Shown here piece by piece: positions 23,846-35,829 of a stretch of 64,000 bases of DNA; position 1 is the stretch's first letter, and every line of letters begins with the position of its first letter. The notes beneath the pieces were generated by a model, which did not search any database, was not told the DNA's origin, and worked only from the letters and a program-made list of their open reading frames with translations. The translations under genes and the position numbers were made by a program. Origin of the DNA: Malacoraja senta (Eukaryota); NCBI GenBank assembly GCA_038087875.1, contig CM075994.1, positions 10,666,001-10,730,000 of the forward strand. The letters are read 5' to 3'.

Positions 23846-25375
23846 TACTCTGGAGTTTAGAAGGATGAGAGGGTATCTCATTGAAGCATAAGATTATTAA
23901 GGGTTTGGACACGCTAGAGGCTGGAAACATGTTCCCGATGCTGGGGGAGTCCAGAACCAGGGGCCACAGTTTAAGAATGGGGCAAGCCATTTAGAACAGA
24001 GATGAGGGAACACTTTTTCACACAGAGCGTTGTGAGTTCTCTGTCTCAGCGGGCGGTGGTAGCAGGTTCTGTGAATACTTTCAAGAGAGAGCAAGATAGG
24101 GCTCTTAAAGATAGCGGAGTCAGGGGATATGGGGAGAAGGCAGGAACGGGGTACTGATTGGGGATGATCAGTCATGATCACACTGAATGGCTGTGCTGGC
24201 TCAAAGGGCCGAATGGCCTACTCCTGCACCTATCGTCTATAAAAACCCAGAAAGAGCATGGGATTACAAGGATAGACACAAAAAGCTGGACTAGCATAGT
24301 GGGACAGGCAGCATCATGGAGAGAAGGAATGAGTGACGTTTCGGATTGAGACTCTGACAAGCAATGCCAAGAACCAGCGTGGGACACATTTGAAGGATCT
24401 GAGATGAATCGTCATCTGCCCATTTCCCTCGAGTTCCTTCGGTTTTTGACCAGTAGAGAAATGGGCCGAGAGCCATGTGTTACACAATCGTAGCGTATTA
24501 GATACATTACAAGCTTACTATAACGACCGATAGTACTACAGGTACTAATCGTGGAATGAGGTGTAAATGATGGATGCTCAAATGATACCAGGAACTAGAC
24601 ACTAGAATTTTAAATCCCCCAAACACAAATTCCTTGCCTTGCACCAGCTACTCCATGTGCAGTCTCACCAGGGCCCTATACTAGGAGGTACTACTGCAGT
24701 TGTACAGGGCCCTGGTGAGACCGCACCTGGAGTATTGTGTGCAGTCTTGGTCTCCTAATTTGAGGAAGGACATTATTGCTATTGAGGGAGTGCAGCGCAG
24801 GTTAATTCCTGCGAATGGCAGGACTGACATCTGATGAAAGAATGGGTCAACTGGGCTTGTATTCACTAGAATTTAGACAGATGAGAGGGGATCTTATGGA
24901 AACATATAACATTCTTAAAGGATTGGACAGGCTAGAGGCAGGAAAAATGTTCCCGATATTGGGGGGAGTCCAGAACCAGGGGGTACAGTTTAAGAATAAG
25001 GGGCAGGCCATTTAGGACTGAGATGAGGAAACATTTCTTCACCCATTGTTGTGAATCTGTGGAATTCTCTGCCACAGTGGAGGCCAATTCACAGGATGTT
25101 TTCAAGAGAGTTGGGTTTAGCTCTTAGGTCTAAAGGAATCGTGGATATGGGGAGAAAGCAGGAACGGGGTACTGATTTTAGATGATCACACATGATCATA
25201 TTACATCAGTCTGAAGAAGGGTCTCGACCCGAAACGTCACCTATTCCTTCGCTCCATAGATGCTGCCTCACCCGCTGAGTTTCTCAAGCATTTTTGTCCA
25301 CCTACGATCATATTGAATGGCGGTGCTAGTTCGAATGGCCTTCTCCTGCACCTGTTTTTTTTAAAAAGTTCTATG
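23846..25375 (+). mobile_element. Two CR1 3' fragments (23846-24240, 24675-25375)
   Basis: RT C-terminal motifs and CR1 3'UTR. Confidence 0.85.
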
Positions 25376-25583
25376 TAAATAATGGATGCTTAAATGATAC
25401 AAGGAGCTACAGACAGTATAATTTTGAATCGCTCAAAACACGAATTCCTTGCCGTGCCCCCACCTCTCCCGTTTCCTCGCCCCCCCCTCCCCTCCCATTA
25501 CACTCAGTCTAAAAGGTCGCCTATCTGTTCCCTCCACAGATGCTGCATAGCCCGCCGAGTGACTCCAGCACTCTGTGCTGTAT

Positions 25584-27630
25584 AGGGGGGTTGCACGTAA
25601 GGTCACTGGGTCATAGGGCTTGACGCACGGAGCCGCTCAATCCATCTGGAGGACATCCGTAACTTCCGGTATACGTTATTAATGCTAGAAACACGTACTT
25701 TCCTACCTGTTAAAAACAACCAAAATGTTGAATTTTTGCGCTGTAAATAATGATGGAAATCGGGATAAGCGTGAGAGACATTTAGCCTACTTCAGAATTC
25801 AAAAAGTGAGGAGAAATGACGGTAGATTGAAGCGAGAGCTGAAGGGACAAACACAGCCAGAGTGCTTGTCGAACATTGGCCGTTTGCTCACTGCATTTCA
25901 TCAACTAAGGCATTATTTGTGTTTTTTCTTGATTTCTTTGGTATCTAAAAAGTTTCAGAAGGGATAAATCTGGCTGTAAAAATTTTAAAATCGCCCCTGG
26001 TTCTCGTGGGTTTTTACGTACAAAAAGGAAACGCCTCTGAAGCAAAATTTACAACCAGATTTATCACTTCTGAGACTTTTTAGATACCAAAGAAATCAAG
26101 AAACAAAACAAATAATGCCTTACCGTTAATGAAATGCAGCGAACAAACGCGATAAATCCCGATATTTTCAATTCCGATATCTGCAAGGCCAATGTTCGCC
26201 AAGCACTTTAGCTGTTGTTGTCCCTTCAGCTCTCGCTTCCCTTTACCTTCATTTCGCTTCACTTTCGGAATTCTGAAGTTGGGTACATGTCTCTCACACT
26301 TACCCCGACTTCCACAATTATTTACAGCGAAAAAATTCAACATTTTGGCGGTTTTTAACAGGTAGGAAACATATACAATCATTCCGCAGCAGTTGGTGGA
26401 GAAGTTGGAGCTATTGAGGGTTGATGCTGGCACATGTAACTGGCTCCTGAACTTTCTATCGCAACGGCAGCAGACAGTCAGGGTGGGCAGTAGGACATCA
26501 AAAACCATAGCCGTGAGCACTGGCTCGCCCCAAGGCTGTGTCCTAAGCCCCCTGCTGTTTAGTCTGCTAACACACGACTGTACTGTTAGACTCAACAACA
26601 ACTTCATCAACAAGTTCGCTGATGACACAACAGTGGTGGAAATTGCAACAGTGACTGTTGCAATTTCGTTCAGACTTCGGTCTGAATGACAATAAAGGGT
26701 TATCCTAACAGTGGTGGGTCTCATCAGTGACAATGATGAGTCGGCGTACAGGATGGAGGTGGAGCTGCTCACAGGATGGTGCAAATCCCACAACCTCATT
26801 CTCAACGTGGGAAAAACTAAGGAGATGGTGGTTGACTTCAGGAGGGCGGGAAAACAACACCATACACCTCTGAACATCGATGGAGCTGATGTGGAAAGGG
26901 TCAACAGCGTGAAGTTCCAAGGACTCCACCTGTCAGATGACCTGACGTCCACGACCAACACCACAGGGGGACAATCGAGAGCACATTAACCTACGGCATC
27001 ACTTCCTGGTTCGGGAGCTGAAAGGCGTACGAACGGCACCAACTAGACAGGATTGTGAAGACCGCCAGCAGGATTATTGGTGCTCCACTCCCTTTCCTGC
27101 TGGACATATACAGGAAGAGATGTATCAGCAGAGCCATCTCCATCATCAAAGACCCCTACCACCCATCGCATCACATATTCTCCATCCTGCCATCTGGGAA
27201 GAGGTACCGGAGCATTAGGGGCAAAACCAGCAGGATGCTCCTCAGCTTCTTCCCGCAGGTTATAAGACTGATAAACGGACTTTGTCCCCTGCGAAAGTAT
27301 CGTGCACCAACCACCAACCTGGACACACTGCAGCAGAGCCACTGTCGTGCCGCTGCCGATCGGAACGCCTGTTGATGTTTAGTAGAGTAGAGTGTTAATT
27401 TGTTCATGATATATGTATTTTTACTTCTATTTATTTTTTACTGCACACTGAAATGGACACTGGTTGAGGAACGTTTTTTTGTTTCCTCTGGGTATGCGAA
27501 TACTCAGGAAATGACAATAAAGATATACAATACAATACAATATACCGGAAGTGACGGATGTCCTCCAGATGGATTGAGCGGCTCAGTGCGTCAAGCTCTA
27601 TGACCCGGTGACCTTACGTGCAACCCCCCT
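25584..27630. mobile_element. Non-autonomous ISL2EU/Harbinger-related DNA transposon with long inverted arms carrying THAP-like remnants
   Basis: ~90-bp TIR AGGGGGGTTGCACGTAAGGTCAC / GTGACCTTACGTGCAACCCCCCT; AT flanking both ends; arms read MLNFCAVNN...FRIPKV...RVCSLHF. Confidence 0.75.
26372..27542 (+). mobile_element. Rex/Babar LINE RT fragment inserted in the DNA transposon
   Basis: GSPQGCVLSPLLFSL, KFADDTT, KTKEMVVDFRR motifs; (TACAA)n tail. Confidence 0.85.
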
Positions 27631-28741
27631 ATAGGTGACATTTCGGGTTGAGACCCTTCTTCAGACTCGAATCGTCACCTATATCCTTCGCTCGATAGAT
27701 CCTGCCTCACCCGCTGAGTTTCTCCCGCATTTTTTGTCTACCTTAGATTTTTCCAGCATCTGCAGTTCTTTCTTAAACATGACATGTACATAAATTATTA
27801 AACCTTTAGCCCGGGGTCGACAGCAGCGCCTTGGGGGATTAAAGACGACCAATAATTTATGAATGTAGCAAGAAAAACGCGCAACCCGCGTACTTTGATC
27901 TATTAGTTGATCCAATCCCGTGGCTTCAAGTGGGCGGAGAAATGCTCTCTTAAAAAATTAAATTGAATACGAGCCGTTTGGCGCCACATGCCGACCGTTT
28001 ACTGATGGGAAAATGCGCCTTGGCTCGTCTCCACGGGGCGATTTTTTCCCTCCAAGTCAACGCACTGCGGCCAATACAAGTTAATGCAAATTAATTCAGA
28101 GTTACTTCCCTTCCCATTCAAAAGATGTAAAATATCGCAGCTCAGGCTACAGGCATTAAATATTACCGTCTAGCCCTAGGGATTTAAACGCATTAGGTTT
28201 ATTGTCATATCTTTGGCCATTTCACCACGGATCCCCCCCTCCCCCCACACACAAAGAAAACCAGCTCAAATTTCTTGCAAACATATGCAACCGTGAATGC
28301 TGGAAGGAATCTTGCTTTTTGTTTCCTCTTTTGGAATTTAGCACGTAGAAGAATTTGGATCTTGCTTGAAAAAAAATACTCAGGGAACCATTAGAAATAT
28401 CAGGAAAGCTGTATCCTGCAAATCTTTCTGTAGGTCCAGCGCCCCACGGAGAGAGCGAGTCGCGTATTGAGGCAAGAATTCTGCGTCGCTTGTATTTTTG
28501 CAGCTGCGTTTCAGTTACAAATACATTCATCTTCGAAGTCGTTCCGTTCAAAGGCTGCTTAACCAAAAAAAAATCCTTCCACTAACACAATCATGCCACT
28601 GCATCGCCAGATTAGATTTTCGACAGATAGTCAATTGTTGTTGGTAACAATATGAAAAATAACCGCGCACATTAAAAAATATATTTACTCTCGATTTATG
28701 TAAATCATTTCGCTGTGCATAGACCCAGCGAACATGTGACA

Positions 28742-29120
28742 TACAATAGACAATAGGTGCAGGAGGAGGCCATTCGGCCCTTCGAGCCAGCACCGCCATT
28801 CAATGTGATCATGGCTGATCATCCCCAATCAGTACCCCATTCCTGCCTTCTCCCCATATCCCCATGACTCCGCTATCTTTAAGAGCCCTATCTAGCTCTC
28901 TCTTGAAAGTATCCAGAGAACCAGCCTCCACCGCCCTCTGAGGCAGAGAATTCCAGACTCACCACTCTCTGTGAGAAAAAGTGTTTCCTCGTCTCTGTTC
29001 TAAATGGCTTACTCCTTATTCTTCAACAATGGCCCCCTGGTTCTGGACTCCCCCAACATCGGGAACATGTTTCCTGCCTCTAGCGTGTCCACACCCTTAA
29101 CAATCTTATATGTTTCAATA
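28742..29120 (-). mobile_element. CR1 3' fragment
   Basis: Reverse complement of the CR1 3' end seen elsewhere in the window. Confidence 0.85.
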
Positions 29121-29540
29121 TGATTCAATAAGATACTTCGATAAACCCGTTCTTAGATTTAACTACGATCCCGCCAGGTTTATGTAGACCAGATAGATGC
29201 AGACTACTTTCAACCAGACTGTGCGATTGCCCACAGATTGGACTAAAAAGCGTTTCAAATTCCTAGTGTGGCCGATCCCCTCCACGTGTAAACCGACACT
29301 TGTGATACATTTCGGCTAAAATAAAAATGTAACAGACAAAAAGACGGCTTGCTGGAGGAATTTTCTGCGATCAGTACATCAGTTTCTCCACCATTTTAGT
29401 CTACCTTCGATTTTCCAGCATCGGCAGTTCTTTCTTAAACAGTACACACACAGTAGGGTCATTGTAAGCTTAATATTCAACGCCGCCGGGGGTTTAAAAA
29501 AAAATAATTGCAACAATATTAGTCTCTGATACATAATTAC

Positions 29541-29597
29541 CTTGGCTCCGATCTGGTTTCCACATTGGCCAGCTTGTATGTGCACGATCTCCCGCAT
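29541..29597 (-). CDS. TUBB: Beta-tubulin exon 1 coding part (57 bp), MREI autoregulatory N-terminus
   Basis: ATG at 29597, MREIVHIQAGQCGNQIGAK followed by gtaatt donor. Confidence 0.96.
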
Positions 29598-29687
29598 GGT
29601 CAATGTGTTAATTTGGGTTTAGGGAAGGAACGAAACGACCCGTGCTGCTGGTTGCAGAGAAACTGCGCTCCAAACCCCCAACAAAGG

Positions 29688-29776
29688 TTATAAATGGGGA
29701 GGCGCTACCACAGCGAGACACCTCGTCCTATTCGGCCGGGCAGTGCATGTGATGCAGCGACCGCTCTTGCCATTGG
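29688..29776 (-). promoter_or_regulatory. Putative beta-tubulin core promoter (TATA-like and CCAAT box)
   Basis: Minus-strand TTTATAA at 29694-29688 (~90 bp upstream of ATG) and CCAAT at 29776-29772. Confidence 0.55.
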
Positions 29777-30594
29777 ACTCAAAAGGGTTGCAGTAATTAA
29801 CCAGGTGACATCATGCCGGCCGGGTACCGGAAAGCAAAGATTATCTGTCTGAAGAAGTCTGATCAGTCTGAAGAAGGGTTTCGGCCAGAAACGTTGCCTA
29901 TTTCCTTCGCTCCATAGATGCTGCTGCTGCTGCTGCTGCACCCGCTGAGTTTCTCCAGCATTTTTGTGTACCTAAAGATTATCTTTGCCGGAGAGGGAGT
30001 TTGCTACATTTTTACTCCCGACCAAAGATCTTCGCTCCTGAACCCGCCGGTCCAAACCAAAGATCACATAGCTGGTCCAAACGCGCCCCTTTCTCGAGGC
30101 TGCTGTGCCCAAAGCCTTTGCTCGCTCGTACTTGTCAATTCCCTTTGCTGCCAGCTCGGTCAAACCGAGCTCTCCCAGCGTTTCAGCTCCAGGGAGTGTT
30201 TTTCGAACGACCGGGATTTTGAGTTAACCAGACGTTCATTGTTCGTTCATTGTGATTAAATGTCTCGCTTATTGTTGCAATGTGGGATGTGGCTTTTCTG
30301 TGGCATTTCGAGGCATATTTCCTCCCATTTTCCGGATCCTGTTCTAATGCAACAATTGTTGATAATCAGAATGAGCCAGATAAATTATGTCGTATATTAT
30401 TGTTTGGAAACAGGCCATTGTTTCCACGGAGTTCACGCCTTTGACCCTATCACGCTGTCCCACGCTCTCATCCACGCCTTGCACACGGGGGGGGGGGGGG
30501 GGGGACTGAGACTGAGACTGAGCCTTGCTCTCTTAAAAAAGCAATGATCAAGTGGAATCTGTTCCATTTTCCACCAGGTCGAGACCCATCTTCT

Positions 30595-31890
30595 TTGATG
30601 CTGAGGATCTTTGATGATGTTGGCAGCCTTTTTGAGGCAGCGACTCCGACAGATCCCTTCGACGGTGGGGAGGTCAGAGCCGGTGATGGACTGGGCAGTG
30701 GTCACAACTTTTTGCAGCCTTTTTCGTTCCTGGACGTTCAAGTTGCCGAACCAAGCCACGATGCAACCAGCCAATATGATCTCTACTGTGCACCTGTAGA
30801 AGTTCAAGAATTTTTGATATCTTTTCCCAAATACTTAAAACTAAATTGGACCTGACATAAAACTGATCACACTAGGTATGTCAGAGGCCTGTTCTGAGCT
30901 AACGATATTTCAAAGACGTTTCCTTAACTATGGCCAGTCTGAAGAAGGGTTTCGGCCTGAAACTTTACCTATTTCCAGTCTGAAGAAGGGTTTCGGCCCG
31001 AAACGTAACCTATTTCCTTCGCTCCATAGATGCTGCTGCACCCGCTGAGTTTCTCCAGCGTTTTTGTGTACCTTTCCTTAACTATGGCCTGATAACGGCG
31101 AAAAAATGAATACTTAAATTTTGGAAACAGACAACAGTCCCTACAGTGAAGATGTGGATCACAGATATGTCCGAGAGACTACATTTGGAAAACATTAGGC
31201 TTGTCTTGGTGGAAAAACCAGATCAATTTCTCAAGACATGGACACCCTTTACCGAATTCTTACAAGAAAAGCATGGTGCAACACAAATTTAAATTTAAAT
31301 CCGATGCTGGGTTGGGTGAGCTGGGCGGGGGGGACGAGGGGCAAGATATATCTCCACCTTTCTTTTTCTTTTTTCTTATTTCTTTATCTTTCTGCCACAC
31401 TACCTTTGGTAGCTTAGGTGTCTTTCTTTCGTTCTTTTTCAATCTATCTTTTCACTTTCTACTTTTTTCCTTTCTTGTTTTCTTTTTCTTTTCTTTTTTC
31501 AATTTTATAGTTTAGGTTATAAGGTCAAAAATGAAGCTGTACAATAATTGTATAATTTTAGATGCTGAATGTTTTATCTCTGTACAATTGCTTCAATATT
31601 ATAAATAAAAATAAAAAATAAAAAAAAAAGTTCAAGAGAATCCTCTTTGACAAACTGAATCTCCGTAATCTTCTCAGGAAGTAGAGGCGCTGATGTGCTT
31701 TCTTTATAATTGCATCAGTGTGCTGGGCCCAGGAAAAATCGTCGGAAATATTCACTCCCAGGAAATTGAAGTTCTTGACTCCACCATCGTTGATATAAAC
31801 AGGATTGTGGGTCCTCAACCTTCCTCTTCCAAAGTCCACAATCAGATCCTTGGTTTTACTGATATTGAGAGCCAGGTTGTTGTGCCAGCT
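30595..31890. mobile_element. Nested cluster: Rex/Babar (-) split by L1-like 3' end (+, 30810-31627), which carries a pLTR mini-insertion (30936-31072)
   Basis: TSD AAGTTCAAGA (30800-30809 / 31628-31637); TSD TTTCCTTAACTATGGCC (30919-30935 / 31073-31089). Confidence 0.8.
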
Positions 31891-32129
31891 AGTACGTAGA
31901 TCTAGTATGGACACAATGGGCTGACTGGCCTCTTTTTGTGCTGTAACCATTCTTTTAGGTTTGATTTGGATACATAATCCTCTGCTTCTGAATACTCTTG
32001 CTTAATCAATGCAATCAATGAAAATGAATTAAACTAAAAGTTGGCTTGCTAAAGTTATGTTAGACCATCTGATCCTGAAATCATTGCCACCTCTGGACCA
32101 CGTGGGTTTTTCCTTCACCATAATGTTGA

Positions 32130-32940
32130 GAGGGGGCGCTGTCCTGTACGGCTGCCTGTCCTGCAGCTGTGTTTTATTCACTTCATTTTTAATTTTTAGT
32201 ACGTTAAAAGTGTGTTAGTTGGGGGTCTAATCTTTTTATTTGTGGGGGGGAAAGGGGGAAACTGCTTTTCAAGTCCTTCCTCCGGACAGCACCTTCGATC
32301 CGTCCTCGCGGCCTACCATCGGAGTCTGGAGCGGCGTTTCCTGAGGGGACCCGGCCAAAACCTCGGCTTCGGCAGCGGCACAGCCCTGGAGCGCTATCGC
32401 GGAGCGGGCGATGCCTTGCCTGGGTCGCCGCGCTGGAACTCCGGTGAGCTGGGACCTGCCGATTGAACATCGCGGAGCTGCGGGTCTGTGGAGTGGCCAG
32501 CTGCAGTCGGCTGCGCTGACTTTAACATCGGGAGCCTGGGATCTCTCGCCGAGATCGCCAGTGGTGGAGCTCCGTCCAGCGTGGCCATGTTAGCTTGGTA
32601 GCCGCGGTCTCCGGTAAGGAAGCGGCCGTTTCAGGTGTCCCAAGCCGCTGACAAGATTCTCCCGACGCCGGAGCACCATCACCCGGCGAGAACGGCCTGA
32701 AACATCGGGCTCCATAGCAGCGACTGCGGAGGCCTCAATAGACCCGACCATGGGTGGACATGTGGATGTGGACTGGGCTTTGTGCCTTCCCCCAGTTGGA
32801 ACCATCGTGGGGGGATGTTTTTATGCTTTTATGTTAAATTTCTTCTTCAAATGTTATGTTGTATTTTATTAGTGTGCTGCAAGGACATCTGAATTTCCCC
32901 TGAAAAGGGGATTAATAAAGTATTTATTATTATTATTATT
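32130..32940 (+). mobile_element. GC-rich non-autonomous retroelement with (TTA)n tail, family unassigned
   Basis: Shares blocks with 20745-21248 and, inverted, with 38030-38590; AATAAA followed by (TTA)n. Confidence 0.5.
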
Positions 32941-33114
32941 AGTTATGTCCCCAGCACACCCGTGTGTCGTGACTGCCGAAAATATATGGCTGTTGCTTGA
33001 GACGAAAGACTCTCCCAGCACAGTTTTGTCTTGACCCAGAGTTACTCTCCAAGTATCAAGTGAACACAAACTACTCCAACTGAAATGAAACCATCTACTA
33101 ACATATTTTGTTCA

Positions 33115-34495
33115 ATTGTTTAGTTTAGAGATACAGCATGGAAAAAGGCCCTTCGGTCCACCGGGTCCGCGCCGACCAGCGATCCCCTCATATTGACACT
33201 ATCCTCCCTCAAGTCACGGAACCCCTTTGCCATGCAAGCCCAAGAGCTGCTCTGCACAACACCGGCTGACGCTTCCAAGGCCGCCTGGGTCAAGACGAGA
33301 TGGAGAGACCAGTGGAAGTCAGCGGAACCATATAGGCTGCACCATTACATAGATAGATACATAGAAAATAGGTGCAGGAGTAGGCCATTTGGCCCTTCGA
33401 GCCTGCACCGCCATTCAATATGATCATGGCTGATCATCCAACTCAGTATCCCGTACCTGCCTTCTCTCCATACACCCTGATCCCTTTAGCCACAAGGGCC
33501 ACATCTAACTCCCTCTTAAATATAGCCAATGAACTGGCCTCAACTACCCTCTGTGGCAGAGAGTTCCAGAGATTCACCACTCTCTGTGTGAAAAAGTTTT
33601 TCCTCATCTCGGTCTTAAAGGATTTACCCCTTGTCCTGGACTTCCCCAACATTGGGAACAATCTTCCTGCATCTAGCCTGTCCAACCCCATAAGAATTTT
33701 GTACATTTCTATAAGATCCCCTCTCAATCTTCTAAATTCTAGCGAGTATAAGCCAAGTCTATCCAGTCTTTCTTCATATGAAAGTCCTGACATCCCAGGA
33801 ATCAGTCTGGTGAACCTTCTCTGCACTCCCTCTATGGCTATAATGTCCTTCCTCAGATTTGGAGACCAAAACTGTACGCAATACTCCAGGTGTGGTCTCA
33901 CCAAGACCCTGTATAACTGCAGTAGAACCTCCCTGCTCCTATACTCAAATCCTTTTGCTATGAAAGCTAACATCGATGACCCCATGGACGTCCCTGGCCA
34001 GGACCTGCCCCAAAAGCAGTGGACAACCCTCAACCGCTTAAGGTCAGGCGTCGGACGATGTGGAGTAGCGATGGAGAGGTGGGGCCTCATGGACAGCGCC
34101 TCCTGCGAGTGTGGGGACCCAACACAGACAGTGGAGCACATAGTCACCAGTTGCCCCAAACACCGGCCACCGAATGGTGAACGAGGTCTGATTGTCCTGG
34201 ACGATGACACGTTGGCCTGGCTCCCCTCAACGGAGCTGCAGGTCTAAAAGACACACGACAGAAGAAGAAGAAGACACTATCCTACACACACTGGGGACAA
34301 TTTATACATTTACCAAGCCAATTAACCTACAAATCTGTCCGTCTTTCTGGAGTGTGGAATGTGGGAGGAAAGCGAAGATCTAGGAGAAAACCCACGCAGG
34401 TCATAGGGAGAACGTACAAACTCCGTACAGACAGCACTGGGGTCTCTGGTGCTGCTGGTGCTGCAAGGCGGCAATTCTACTGCTGCGCCACTGTG
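33115..34495. mobile_element. Nested cluster: tRNA-SINE (-) split by Vingi/Ingi-like LINE 3' end (+, 33206-34272), itself split by CR1 (-, ~33350-33973)
   Basis: TSD GACACTATCCT (33195-33205 / 34273-34283); WTTLNRLRSG...CECG...EHIVTSC zinc finger and (GAA)n tail; frame rejoins as HHYI/DDP across the CR1. Confidence 0.8.
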
Positions 34496-34569
34496 GTCTG
34501 GAACTACGATTACATTCCAGAGTTTACATTGGTTCCGATCTCTATAGCCATTTTCAGGAAAGTAGTTTG

Positions 34570-35068
34570 CTACTTTAGTTTATTGTCACATGTGTGGAGG
34601 TACATTGAAAAGCCTTGCTGTTTCATGCTATCCGGTCTGCAGAAAGACAAATCATGACCACAATCAAGCCATTCGCCGTGTGCACACACAGGCCAAAGGG
34701 AATAACCTTCAGTGCAAGATAAAGTCCGATTGAAGATAGTCTGGGGGTCTCCAATGAGGCAGATTGCAGCTCAGCACTGCTCGTTGGTTGTAATAGGATG
34801 GTTCAGTTGCCTGATAGCCACTGGGAAGAAACTGTCCCTGAATCTGGAGGTGTCCGCCCCCAAACCCCTGCACCTCCTGCCCGATGGGAGAGGGGAGAAG
34901 AGGGAGCGACCGGGGTGTGACTCGTCCCCGACCATGCTGCTGGCCTTGCCGAGGCAGCGTGAAGTATAGATGGAGTCAATGGAAGGGAGGTTGGTTTGTG
35001 TGATGGTCTGGGCTGAATCCACAACTCTCTGCAGTTTCTTGCGGTCTTGGATGGAGCTGTTCCCAAAA
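34570..35068 (-). mobile_element. Rex/Babar LINE 3' fragment
   Basis: LPSIDSIYTSRCLGKA...SHPGRSLFSPLPSGRR...TSRFRDSFFP. Confidence 0.8.
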
Positions 35069-35829
35069 CATTATAAGAACCATCCAAGTTTGCATTCATA
35101 AACTTTTATTTTTCCAAGCAGACAAGTTGTACAACATGGCAAAAAATGTGCAGACAGATTAAATTGGCATTAATGTTTTGGTACATCATTCAATTCCACA
35201 AAATGTAAGCAAAAAGCATGCACAATAATATTCTGATCATCTAATCTAATCACAGAATGACACCACTATGCTTTTGATTGTCTCTTAATCCAATTATTTT
35301 TTTTAACACAAGTATCTGCAGATGTTGGTTTCCCAAAATAAAAAGACCCAAAGTGCTGGAGTAAGTCAGTTGGCCAGGCAGCAGCTCTGGAGACCATGGA
35401 TAGGTGACATTCGGGGTCAAGGCCCTTCTTCAGACGGCGTACAGACAGCAGCCGGAATCAGGGTTGAACCCGGTTCTCTGACGCTATAAGGCAGCAACTC
35501 TACCGTTGCACCACCATGCCGCCCCACTAAAGCTACCATGGTGGAATATGAGGTGCTGTTCCTCATGTTTGGCTGTGGGCGCTCTCTGGCCATGGAAGAG
35601 GCGCAGAACAGAAAGATGGGTATGGGAATGGGAAGGAGAGGTGGAACGTTTTGCAAGGTTAGCCAGTTAACCAAACCGCTCATCTTTAGGGAGTAGGGTG
35701 GAAAGCGGTGAAGCTGTGGGGAAACACAGTAGATCATGGATAGAAAATATCAACTCCACATAGAGGTCAGAATCAAACTCATGTCCGTGGATCTGCAAGA
35801 TCGCAACACCTTGTCCCTCCGCGGAATGA

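Noticed and set aside
26080..26964. 294-aa ORF with a THAP-like C-terminus
   Set aside because: Antisense Rex LINE frame running by chance into the transposon arm
33420..34247. 275-aa ORF as a novel gene
   Set aside because: Antisense CR1 joined to the Vingi-like C-terminus
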